Assembly: GCA_002898295.1 (NCBI GenBank)
Contig: BEHX01000003.1
Span: 108,754-172,753, forward strand
Direction: 5' to 3'
Source of the DNA: a bacterium HR21
Lineage (GTDB): Bacteria; Bacteroidota; Ignavibacteria; Kapaibacteriales; HRBIN21
Length of the DNA stretch: 64,000 nt
Shown: one piece after another, positions 8,179-16,318 of the stretch
Layout of the letters: every line of letters begins with the position of its first letter
Position numbering within the stretch: position 1 is the first letter of the stretch
Notes under the pieces: model-generated
Told to the model about the DNA's origin: nothing
What the model saw: the letters and a program-made list of their open reading frames with translations, nothing else
The model's database searches: none
Position numbers and translations under genes: made by a program

Positions 8179-9126
8179 TCACATCCCTTGGAGTGCGGCA
8201 ACAGTCATCCGCATGCCCTCCCACAGGGAGGTCTGTGGGAGCCAGCCGAGCACCTGCTGCAGGCGTTTCCCCGAAAGACGCGGGAAGGAGGGCGCAGGGG
8301 TATCCACGAAGCGATACGCACGCCAGCCTGTCAGCGTCTCAAGCACGTGGACAAGGGTACGGGCGGGGACATACGCCCCCGGCACGTTGAACACACCACT
8401 GACTGAGCAGGCTCCCAGACGCAGGAACACCTCCGCTGCATCGGTCACATAGAGCAAATCCCGGCAGACCATCCCCTGAGCATAGAGTTCGTACGGCTCC
8501 CCTCGCAGTGCTGCGCGGAGCACTTGACCGACAAATCCAATCTCCTGCCCCTCCAGCCGCTGCCGTGGACCGTAGAGATGGGGCAGTCGCAAGGCTGCCA
8601 CCGCATGCTGCCCGCCAGTATAGTGGAGTAGCAGCTGCTCACTTGCCCAGCAGTGAAGGCTGTAAACATCGGCAGGGGCAACCCGATCGTGCTCGCTCAG
8701 AGAACGCCTCGCCGTAAGACCGTAGACAGTGCGGGAGCTCGCATAGAGGAGGCGTACCGGGAAGGGGAGCCGACGCAGGAATGCAGCCAGGGCACAGTTG
8801 GGCACGTAATTCCACCTGGCGTCTTCTTCGGGATGCTCATTACACCAGCTATGGGTGTTGAATGCCGCGCAGTGGAAAATGACCGAGTCCGGCTGGAGCC
8901 GGGCTGCCCAGCGGTGGACGGCACCGTAGTTGTCTTCAATGAGCTCAATTGCCGGGGCAATCTGCTGGAGGTTCTCGCGGCGTGCCCCACTGCCTGGGAC
9001 AAAGGCGTCAACGACAACGACCTCTGCCGCGAGCTTGACCAGCTGTTCTGCTAGATGGCTCCCCAGGAATCCTGCACCACCGAAGACCAGAACGCGGCGC
9101 CCGCGATAGAACACCGGCCAGTCCAT
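8179..9126 (-). CDS. NAD-dependent epimerase/dehydratase (extended SDR)
   Basis: GGAGFLGSHL Rossmann motif, YASSRTVYG, LRLPHLYGPRQ. The YxxxK motif reads YSLHC. Confidence 0.85.
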   Translation of the reverse strand: MDWPVFYRGRRVLVFGGAGFLGSHLAEQLVKLAAEVVVVDAFVPGSGARRENLQQIAPAIELIEDNYGAVHRWAARLQPDSVIFHCAAFNTHSWCNEHPEEDARWNYVPNCALAAFLRRLPFPVRLLYASSRTVYGLTARRSLSEHDRVAPADVYSLHCWASEQLLLHYTGGQHAVAALRLPHLYGPRQRLEGQEIGFVGQVLRAALRGEPYELYAQGMVCRDLLYVTDAAEVFLRLGACSVSGVFNVPGAYVPARTLVHVLETLTGWRAYRFVDTPAPSFPRLSGKRLQQVLGWLPQTSLWEGMRMTVAALQGM

Positions 9127-9777
9127 CTACGCTGTCCGTGCAACCAGTGCGAAACTCCGTACCAGGAGCCCCCGCAGTCCCTTCGGGAGCGGCAGCCGTA
9201 CCGGAGGCTTGCCCAGCCATGTCCGGACTGCATTGATGCCGAAGGTAGACGTCGCGTGTGCTTCCCGCTCAACGGAGAAGCCCGCTTGCTGGAGCTCTGC
9301 AAGCAGCCGCCGGTAGGTGAAAAATCGGACATGGTAGCCCTCCCCGCGAGGGGGCTGCCCCAGCAGCGCCCGCAGTCGCCAGTGGAGATGAGCAACGTTC
9401 GGTGTTGTCAGCACGAGAAACCCTCCCGGACGGAGGCATTCCCGGAGACTTCGCAACAAAACCTGCGTGTGGAAAACATGCTCGATAACCTCCAGCACCA
9501 ACGCGGCGTCGTAGGATGCCGGTACCAACACCTCGGTCAAGGGGCGATTGCAGTCGTGCTGGTATGCCCGGAAGCCGAGTGCCCGAGCACGGGAGACATT
9601 CTCCGGGTCAATGTCGAGGAAGTCCACCTCATGCCCTTCATCCCGCAGCAGGAGCGCCATTTCCGCTGCCCCGCCCCCGACATCTACCACCCGGCATCGT
9701 CTCCCCTGCGCTGCAGCACGGAAGAGCTCCAGCGCAACCGGGTACCACGGACGGTGGAAATTCGGCTCACGTCCCAT
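9127..9777 (-). CDS. Class I SAM-dependent methyltransferase
   Basis: VVDVGGGAAE motif I, YDAALVLEVIEHV, LRPGGFLVLTTPN. Start MGREPNF at 9777. Confidence 0.85.
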   Translation of the reverse strand: MGREPNFHRPWYPVALELFRAAAQGRRCRVVDVGGGAAEMALLLRDEGHEVDFLDIDPENVSRARALGFRAYQHDCNRPLTEVLVPASYDAALVLEVIEHVFHTQVLLRSLRECLRPGGFLVLTTPNVAHLHWRLRALLGQPPRGEGYHVRFFTYRRLLAELQQAGFSVEREAHATSTFGINAVRTWLGKPPVRLPLPKGLRGLLVRSFALVARTA

Positions 9778-10486
9778 CAGATTCCAGAACCTCACGGAAT
9801 GCCCCTTTGACGTAGAGCTCCTGTGCCCGCTCGTAGTCTTCCATCTGCCCAATGTCGAGCCAATAGTCGTGGAGCGGGAACTGCGCCACTGGCTTCCCTT
9901 CCGCCAGGAGGCGCTGGATGAGCTCGGGCATTGTGTAGTACGTCCGTTCCGGGATGTAATCGAACACCTGCGGGTTACAAGCGTAGATGCCCGCAACGAC
10001 TTCGGCGCAGAGATTGGGCTTTTCTTCCACGCACCGGATGTAGCCGCCGTCGGCAGTGACCACCCCATACCGCAGGGGGAGCACAATCTCTTTGGTCACA
10101 ACTGTCAACCATGCCTGCATGCGGCGATGGTAGCGCACCAGCTGGCGGAAATCCAGATTCGTGAGGATGTCGCCATTGATGACCACGAAAGGACGGCGCA
10201 ACCGTGTGGCAAACAAGCGCAGTGGTCCGGCGGTCCCCAGGGGGATGTCTTCGACCGAGCACTCCACTTGCAATCCCCAGCGACTGCCATCACCCAGAAA
10301 GGCTTTGAAGAGCTCGGACTGATAGTTGAGCGCGACGAAGACACGGCGCACCCCGCTCCGTTTGAGCCCCAGAAGCGTGATCTCCAGCACGGAGCGTTCC
10401 CCAACAGGCAGGAGCGGTTTTGGAATGATCTTCGTCAGCGGGCGCAGCCGCTCCCCCAAGCCTCCGGCAAGGATGACCGCGTCCAT
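9767..10486 (-). CDS. Sugar-phosphate nucleotidyltransferase (NTP_transferase family)
   Basis: ILAGGLGERLRPLT..IPKPLLPVG, PLGTAGPL, NGDILT, WLDIG. Confidence 0.9.
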   Translation of the reverse strand: MDAVILAGGLGERLRPLTKIIPKPLLPVGERSVLEITLLGLKRSGVRRVFVALNYQSELFKAFLGDGSRWGLQVECSVEDIPLGTAGPLRLFATRLRRPFVVINGDILTNLDFRQLVRYHRRMQAWLTVVTKEIVLPLRYGVVTADGGYIRCVEEKPNLCAEVVAGIYACNPQVFDYIPERTYYTMPELIQRLLAEGKPVAQFPLHDYWLDIGQMEDYERAQELYVKGAFREVLESDGT

Positions 10487-11200
10487 CTATTTCCCCATGA
10501 CCGCCTGCAGATTCTCCTGCACTTGTGCCCAATTGACCACATTCCACCAGGCGTCAATGTAGTCCTTGCGGCGGTTCTGGTACTTGAGGTAGTAGGCGTG
10601 TTCCCAGACATCTAAGCCCAAGATGGGAACTGTTCCCCAGGGGGCGAGCTTGTGCTGATTTTCCGCCTGCAGGACCAAAAGGCGCCCATCGGCAAGGCGG
10701 TAGTGCAGCAGTGCCCATCCGCTCCCCTCAACGGCAAGAGCTGCCGCAGCGAAATGGCGCCGAAAGGCATCGACGCTGCCGAAATCCCGCTCGATGAGCT
10801 GCCGCAGCAGCCCCGTAGGCTCGCCGCCACCGCCCTTCCCTGGCGGCGCCATGATGTTCCAGAAAAGCGTGTGCAGAAAATGTCCCCCGGCGTTGAAGGC
10901 AGCTTTCTTCGACCAGTACTCCACGTACGTGAAGTCGCCCGTTGCGCGGGCTCGTGCCAGCTCACGCTCAGCGCGATTGAGCCCATCGACATACGCCTGA
11001 TGGTGCTTGCTGTGGTGCAATTCCATCGTCTTTGCATCAATGTACGGCTCCAGCGCATCGTACGGATAAGGCAATGGGGGAAGCTTGTGCTCTGTGAGTG
11101 CTCCGCTGAGCGCTTCGTGCTGTCCCTGCTGAGCTGCCCATCGTGTCGCTCCGACGGTTCCAAGAAGACTCAGCAGTCCGAGAAATTCACGCCGTTCCAT
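10487..11200 (-). CDS. sodA: Mn/Fe superoxide dismutase with a twin-arginine signal peptide
   Basis: MERREFLG signal. LPPLPYPYDALEP, HHSKHHQAYV, NAGGHFLH and DVWEHAYYLKYQN motifs. The GGH + Q pattern favours Mn. Confidence 0.9.
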   Translation of the reverse strand: MERREFLGLLSLLGTVGATRWAAQQGQHEALSGALTEHKLPPLPYPYDALEPYIDAKTMELHHSKHHQAYVDGLNRAERELARARATGDFTYVEYWSKKAAFNAGGHFLHTLFWNIMAPPGKGGGGEPTGLLRQLIERDFGSVDAFRRHFAAAALAVEGSGWALLHYRLADGRLLVLQAENQHKLAPWGTVPILGLDVWEHAYYLKYQNRRKDYIDAWWNVVNWAQVQENLQAVMGK

Positions 11201-11247
11201 CGGACTACTCCGCAAGAGTGCACCTTCGTCCTGGATGCAACCTACTA

Positions 11248-11255
11248 CAAACTTA
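11248..11255 (-). promoter_or_regulatory. -7 promoter element (TAAGTTTG) of sod
   Basis: Exact TAnnTTTG 47 nt upstream of the ATG. Confidence 0.55.
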
Positions 11256-11296
11256 GGGCATCGCGCCGAGAGCCGGAGGAGCGCACGCGGGTTTTG

Positions 11297-11304
11297 TAGT
11301 TTTG
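11297..11304 (+). promoter_or_regulatory. -7 promoter element (TAGTTTTG) of pepA
   Basis: Exact TAnnTTTG followed by C, 44 nt upstream of the ATG. Back-to-back with the sod promoter. Confidence 0.55.
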
Positions 11305-11348
11305 CCCAGCTGAGGAATACGCGATGTGTTGAACCCTGTGAGGCTCCT

Positions 11349-12869
11349 ATGCCGAGCATTGAACTGCGCCGGAAGGACTGGAAAGCCGTTGATGCCGACG
11401 CCGTGCTCTTGTTCGTTACGGAAGAACGTGTCCCAGAGCTGAGCCGTTCGCTCGCCGAGCTCATCCCGGCAGTTGATGACGCACGGCGAAGCGGCGACTT
11501 GACCGGGAAGGCGAAAAGCGTCGTGGTCATCTACGCCGGGAAAGCCATCCGGGCGCCTCGGCTCCTGATTGCTGGGTTGGGTCCAGAGGCACGACTGAGC
11601 CTGGAGACCATCCGCCGTGCAGCGGCTTCCGCAGCCAAACGCGCTGCCCAGCTTCGGATACAACACCTTGCCCTTCCTACCCCGACGGAAGATCTCGGCG
11701 GAATACGCCCGGAGGATTTCTTGCAGGCAGCGCTGGAAGGCGCGGTCTTGAGCCAATATCGCTTCGCAAAGTACATCACAACGCAGCAAGACAACGGGCT
11801 TGTGGAACGCTTCACCGTCTGCGCTCCCCATACCGCCGAGCAGCGGCGCTTCCAGCCTGTGGTGGAATTTACCCGCACGCTGTGTGAAGGCGTCTTCCTG
11901 ACGCGGGACCTTGCGAATGCGCCGCCCAACGAGATCTACCCTGAAACCCTTGCCGAGCGCGCACGTGAGGCTGGGAATCGGGCGGGCTTCAGTGTCCGTG
12001 TGCTCAATAAAGCGCAGATTGAGCGCCTGGGCATGGGCGGCTTACTCGGGGTCAATCGTGGCAGTGCTCGCCCACCGGTGTTCATCATCATGGAGTACTG
12101 GGGAACTCGGCGCTCGCAGCCGCCTATTGTCCTGGTTGGGAAGGGCATCACCTTCGACACGGGCGGCATTTCCCTGAAGCCGGCAGCGAATATGAGCGAG
12201 ATGAAAGCTGATATGCACGGTGCCGCCTCTGTCATTGGGACCCTCTACGTTGTTGCCCGTCTCCGGCTGCCGCTCAACCTCGTCGGGCTGGTTCCAGCAA
12301 CGGAAAACATGCCCAGCGGCTCGGCAATGGTCCCGGGCGATATCTTGCGGTTCCTCAATGGGAAAACTGCCGAGATAGAGAACACCGATGCCGAAGGGCG
12401 GCTCATCCTTGCCGACGCCCTGGCATACGCTGAGCGATATAAGCCCCAAGCGGTCATTGACCTGGCAACCCTGACAGGCGCCTGTGTCGTTGCTCTCGGG
12501 CACGTTGCCTCCGGGCTGTTCGGGAACCACCGTGAACTCCTGGAACGGCTCAAGCGAGCAGGCGAACGCACCTACGAGCGTGTCTGGGAGCTGCCCCTCT
12601 ACGAAGAGTACGGCGAGCTCATCAAAAGCGATGTCGCAGATGTCAAAAACTCCGGTGGGCGCCCCGCCGGAGCAATTACAGCCGCCCTCTTCCTCAAGCA
12701 CTTCATCGGGGACTATCCCTGGGCGCACCTGGATATTGCCGGTACGGCAATTGCTCCGAAGGAGACCGACTACATGCCTAAGGGAGGGACTGGCGTCGGT
12801 GTCCGTCTCTTGGTCGAACTCCTGCGCACCTGGGAACCCCTGCCGCCAGACCCTGCGACCTCACCATGA
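11349..12869 (+). CDS. pepA: Leucyl aminopeptidase (M17)
   Basis: LVGKGITFDTGGISLK, MKADMHG, NTDAEGRLILAD, HLDIAG. Confidence 0.95.
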   Translation: MPSIELRRKDWKAVDADAVLLFVTEERVPELSRSLAELIPAVDDARRSGDLTGKAKSVVVIYAGKAIRAPRLLIAGLGPEARLSLETIRRAAASAAKRAAQLRIQHLALPTPTEDLGGIRPEDFLQAALEGAVLSQYRFAKYITTQQDNGLVERFTVCAPHTAEQRRFQPVVEFTRTLCEGVFLTRDLANAPPNEIYPETLAERAREAGNRAGFSVRVLNKAQIERLGMGGLLGVNRGSARPPVFIIMEYWGTRRSQPPIVLVGKGITFDTGGISLKPAANMSEMKADMHGAASVIGTLYVVARLRLPLNLVGLVPATENMPSGSAMVPGDILRFLNGKTAEIENTDAEGRLILADALAYAERYKPQAVIDLATLTGACVVALGHVASGLFGNHRELLERLKRAGERTYERVWELPLYEEYGELIKSDVADVKNSGGRPAGAITAALFLKHFIGDYPWAHLDIAGTAIAPKETDYMPKGGTGVGVRLLVELLRTWEPLPPDPATSP

Positions 12870-12873
12870 GCTG

Positions 12874-13455
12874 ATGGACCGAGAGAAACGATATCGCGAC
12901 TTCGAACGGGAAGCCCTCCCACATCTGGACGCGGTCTACTCCTTTGCCCTCTACCTGTGCCGCGACCGGGAACTTGCCCGCGACCTGACGCAGGAAACCT
13001 ACTTGCGTGCCTGGCAGAGCTGGGAAAGCTTCCAACCCGGGACGAACTGTAAGGCGTGGCTGCTGACCATCACACGCAATCTCTACATTACGCACTACCG
13101 CCGTCGGCAGCGTTCTCCGGAAACGCTTCCCTATACCGAACAGGAAGACGAGGAGGAGCTCCCACCACCCCTGGAAGCAGCTACCCCATCGGTCGAAGAG
13201 GAGCTTTCCCGAACAGCGCTCGATGAGGAAGTCCTCCGGGCGCTCAATGCCCTGCCTGAATCTTTCCGGACAATCGTCATTCTCTGCGACCTTGAAGACC
13301 TTTCGTACGAAGATGTTGCCCGCATGCTGGGCGTCCCTGTGGGAACGGTTCGCTCACGGCTTCACCGGGCACGCGCTCGCCTGGCACAGCTCCTGCAAGA
13401 GTACGCCCGGCACCGCGGCTGGAACGTCTCTGACAATCCCTCTCGACAGCAATGA
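12874..13455 (+). CDS. ECF RNA polymerase sigma factor
   Basis: FEREALPHLDAVY, DLTQETYLRAW, KAWLLTI (region 2). LSYEDVARMLGVPVGTVRSRLHRAR (region 4). 193 aa. Confidence 0.92.
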   Translation: MDREKRYRDFEREALPHLDAVYSFALYLCRDRELARDLTQETYLRAWQSWESFQPGTNCKAWLLTITRNLYITHYRRRQRSPETLPYTEQEDEEELPPPLEAATPSVEEELSRTALDEEVLRALNALPESFRTIVILCDLEDLSYEDVARMLGVPVGTVRSRLHRARARLAQLLQEYARHRGWNVSDNPSRQQ

Positions 13456-14243
13456 GTTCCGAGCGTGACTTTCTCGAACAGTATCTCTCTGCCTACGTGG
13501 ACGGACTCCCGTTAGACGCAGAGATCCGGCAGAGGCTGGAGCAGCTCCTGCAGCAGCCGGAGTATGGGAGGCTCTACCGGCAGGAGATGGAAGTCCGCAC
13601 GCTCCTGCGAGCACGCCACCTGTCTTTACGCTACCCAGCTCCGCCGGAATTGCGCTCGGACATTCGCCGGATGCTTCTCCCGGCGCGGTCCCCTACACGG
13701 CGCCGCTGGTTGATGCCGGCAGCCGCCGCTCTCGCGCTCGGCGCTTTGCTCCTGTGGTATTTCGGCTGGGGTCCGTTTAGCCATGCCGCCCCACCGTGCT
13801 TTGCAACAGCACTTCTGAGCAGCCTCCAAGAGCTCCAGCAAGGGAAATTCTCCATCACGCCCCTGCACGATACCACCGCCGCCCAGCTATTTTTCGCCCA
13901 ACACGGGGCTCCTACCCCAGTGGTCTTCCCCTACGTGGAGGAAGACCTCCAGTTTATCGGGGCAAGCTTGCGCCAGGTTGATAGCTACAAGCTTCCCGTG
14001 CTCGTCTATAGAGCTCCCGAAGGGTGGCTCCTGCTGGCAGAAGCTCCCGAGAGGGACTTCCACAACGGTCGGCTATGGTTGGACTCCACTATCTGGAGCA
14101 CGCTTACTCAGCAACGGTGGTACTGGGGTTGCCCGGGACAGCCCGCCACGTGCGCTTTCTGGACAGCAGGAGGGATGGTCTGCGGACTGGCAACCACGCT
14201 TCCGCCCGAACAGGTCAAACAGCTTCTGGAACTGCGGCAATGA
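13452..14243 (+). CDS. Transmembrane anti-sigma factor
   Basis: ATGA overlap with the ECF gene. LSAYVDG ASD-like start, one TM helix (WLMPAAAALALGALLLWYFGW), periplasmic domain with 4 Cys. Confidence 0.75.
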   Translation: MSSERDFLEQYLSAYVDGLPLDAEIRQRLEQLLQQPEYGRLYRQEMEVRTLLRARHLSLRYPAPPELRSDIRRMLLPARSPTRRRWLMPAAAALALGALLLWYFGWGPFSHAAPPCFATALLSSLQELQQGKFSITPLHDTTAAQLFFAQHGAPTPVVFPYVEEDLQFIGASLRQVDSYKLPVLVYRAPEGWLLLAEAPERDFHNGRLWLDSTIWSTLTQQRWYWGCPGQPATCAFWTAGGMVCGLATTLPPEQVKQLLELRQ

Positions 14244-14836
14244 CATCGCACAGAGCTCGCTATGTGGCAGCGATACTTTTCGGTAGTGCCCTCGTCAGCG
14301 GCATGCTCGCGCTCAACACTGCCTGCTCAGCGCAGCGCCCTCCCCAACCAGCAACGTCAGCAGCTGTGACCTCACCCCATGTCCCCGTGGTGGAGGAGGT
14401 CTTCCCCGCCAATAGCAACCGAGCACCAGACTTTGCCTGGCGTGATGGGAATGGGCGCCGCGTTCGCTTCTCAGAGCTGGCGCGCAATCGCGTCGTCTTG
14501 CTCAACTTCTGGGCAACTTGGTGCGGTCCTTGCCGTCGGGAAATTCCCGACCTCGTCGAGCTCCATCGAGAGCTCCCTGCGGAGAAGTTCCTCCTGCTGG
14601 GGGTAAGCCTGGACCAAGGTGCAAACGCACAGGAAAAGGTCCGCAGCTTCCTGGAAGCCCGCGGAGTCCCGTACCTGAATGTCCTCGGCGATGTTCGCTT
14701 AGCAGACGCCTATGGCAACATTCTGGCGATCCCGACCACCTTCATCATTGACGCGAACGGGCGTATCGTCGAGCGCATCGTCGGGGCGCGAACTAAGGAG
14801 CAGTTCCTGCAGAGCTTGCGCCGGGTGTTGAAGTAA
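14240..14836 (+). CDS. TlpA/ResA family thiol-disulfide oxidoreductase, exported
   Basis: LLNFWATWCGPCRREIP, IPTTFIID cis-Pro loop, N-terminal signal with a possible lipobox (NTAC). Confidence 0.92.
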   Translation: MTSHRARYVAAILFGSALVSGMLALNTACSAQRPPQPATSAAVTSPHVPVVEEVFPANSNRAPDFAWRDGNGRRVRFSELARNRVVLLNFWATWCGPCRREIPDLVELHRELPAEKFLLLGVSLDQGANAQEKVRSFLEARGVPYLNVLGDVRLADAYGNILAIPTTFIIDANGRIVERIVGARTKEQFLQSLRRVLK

Positions 14837-14852
14837 GCACAGGAGCAGAACC

Positions 14853-16313
14853 GTGCACCGGCACTTTCTCCGGCTCCTGATGGGCAGCCGGGTGTGGCTC
14901 GTGGCTGGCTTCCTCCTGCTACCACCTGCTTTCTCCGCACAGGTCCCAACGGAAGACGAAGGGTGGCGTCCGCCGTACGAGTACCCCTATCCGGACGCAC
15001 TCGTCCCGGAGGTCTACGCTGCCCGTCGTTCCCAGCTCCTCCGTTACCTTGGTCCGCACTCACTCCTGGTGGTGTTCGCTGCAGAGCCGAAGGTACGCAC
15101 CGGCGATGTGCTCTATCCCTACCGGCAGAGCAGCTGGTTGTGGTATTTGACCGGGGTTAGCGAGCCCGACGCAGCACTCCTGCTCAGCCCGAAGGGTGTT
15201 GAGCTGGGAGGACGCCGCTTGCAAGAACTCCTCGGCATTCCGGAGCGGAATCCTCTGCGAGAGCGCTGGAATGGGGCACGGATGGGACCGGCAGAGGCAG
15301 AGCACCTGCTACGCCTCCCTGTGCTGCCCCGCCCCCAATTCGATAGCCTCCTGCAGCATCTCCTGCCAGAGCTCGATACGCTCTATGTAGTGGCATACCC
15401 AACACCGGGGCTCCGGCTTCCCCTGTCCGGACGCGTGCTCTTCGCTGAACGACTGGAGAGGGAATGGGCACGCGAGCGCTTTCCCCAGCTGGTGCTCCGG
15501 CAGGGTTTCCCGCCTCTTACGCGGATGCGCGCAGCCAAGGATACCCACGAACTGCGTCTTCTCCGACGGGCTTTGACTATCACGGGGGAAGCGCTCGTCT
15601 CGCTGTGGCGACAGGCTCGCCCAGGCATGGGAGAGTGGGAGTTGCAAGCCCTGCTAGAAGCCGAGATGCGCCGGCTCGGTGCCGATGGAACGGCCTTCCC
15701 GACCATTCTGGCCTCTGGTCCCAATGCGTGCATCCTGCACTATACCGACGCCCGCCGGCGTATCCACCAGGGTGAGCTCGTCTTGGTCGATTGCGGTGCC
15801 GAGTACGCCGGCTACGCTGCCGACATCACTCGGACTTTTCCTATCAGCGGGCACTTCACTCCAGAGCAGCGTGCGCTCTACCAAGCAGTGCTCGAAGCTC
15901 AAGACTCTGCCATCGCTGCATGTCGCCCTGGCGTCCCTTTCCGTCTGCCGCACTGGAAAGCCGTCGCGGTCCTCCAGAAGCGGCTCTACGAGCTGGGCAT
16001 CCTCAGCGACACGAGCGATATCCGGCGCTACTTTCCGCACTCTACCTCGCATCACCTCGGGCTGGACGTGCACGATGTTGGTCCTCTCGACACGCTCCGT
16101 CCCGGCTTCGTCATCACGGTCGAGCCCGGCGTTTACATCCCGCCGGGCAGTCCATGCGAACAGCGGTGGTGGGGAATCGGCATCCGCATCGAGGATGTAG
16201 TGCTCATCACCGACAGCGGAGCCGAGCTGCTCTCCGCCGCATTGCCCCGCCGGGCGGAGGAGCTTGAGAGGCTCCTCCGCGCTGACCCCAGAGCTGTCCC
16301 TAAAGCTCGCTGA
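14853..16313 (+). CDS. pepP: Xaa-Pro aminopeptidase (M24B) with an N-terminal signal-like segment
   Basis: CILHY, LVDCGAEYAGYAADITRTFP, HSTSHHLGLDVHD, TVEPGVY, GIRIEDVV. Confidence 0.9.
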   Translation: MHRHFLRLLMGSRVWLVAGFLLLPPAFSAQVPTEDEGWRPPYEYPYPDALVPEVYAARRSQLLRYLGPHSLLVVFAAEPKVRTGDVLYPYRQSSWLWYLTGVSEPDAALLLSPKGVELGGRRLQELLGIPERNPLRERWNGARMGPAEAEHLLRLPVLPRPQFDSLLQHLLPELDTLYVVAYPTPGLRLPLSGRVLFAERLEREWARERFPQLVLRQGFPPLTRMRAAKDTHELRLLRRALTITGEALVSLWRQARPGMGEWELQALLEAEMRRLGADGTAFPTILASGPNACILHYTDARRRIHQGELVLVDCGAEYAGYAADITRTFPISGHFTPEQRALYQAVLEAQDSAIAACRPGVPFRLPHWKAVAVLQKRLYELGILSDTSDIRRYFPHSTSHHLGLDVHDVGPLDTLRPGFVITVEPGVYIPPGSPCEQRWWGIGIRIEDVVLITDSGAELLSAALPRRAEELERLLRADPRAVPKAR

Positions 16314-16318
16314 CAAGG

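Noticed and set aside
11244-11300. 8-bp inverted repeat ACTACAAA/TTTGTAGT between sod and pepA; possible Mn (yybP-ykoY) riboswitch
   Set aside because: No yybP-ykoY consensus. The arms overlap the two AT-rich divergent promoter elements, which largely explains them.
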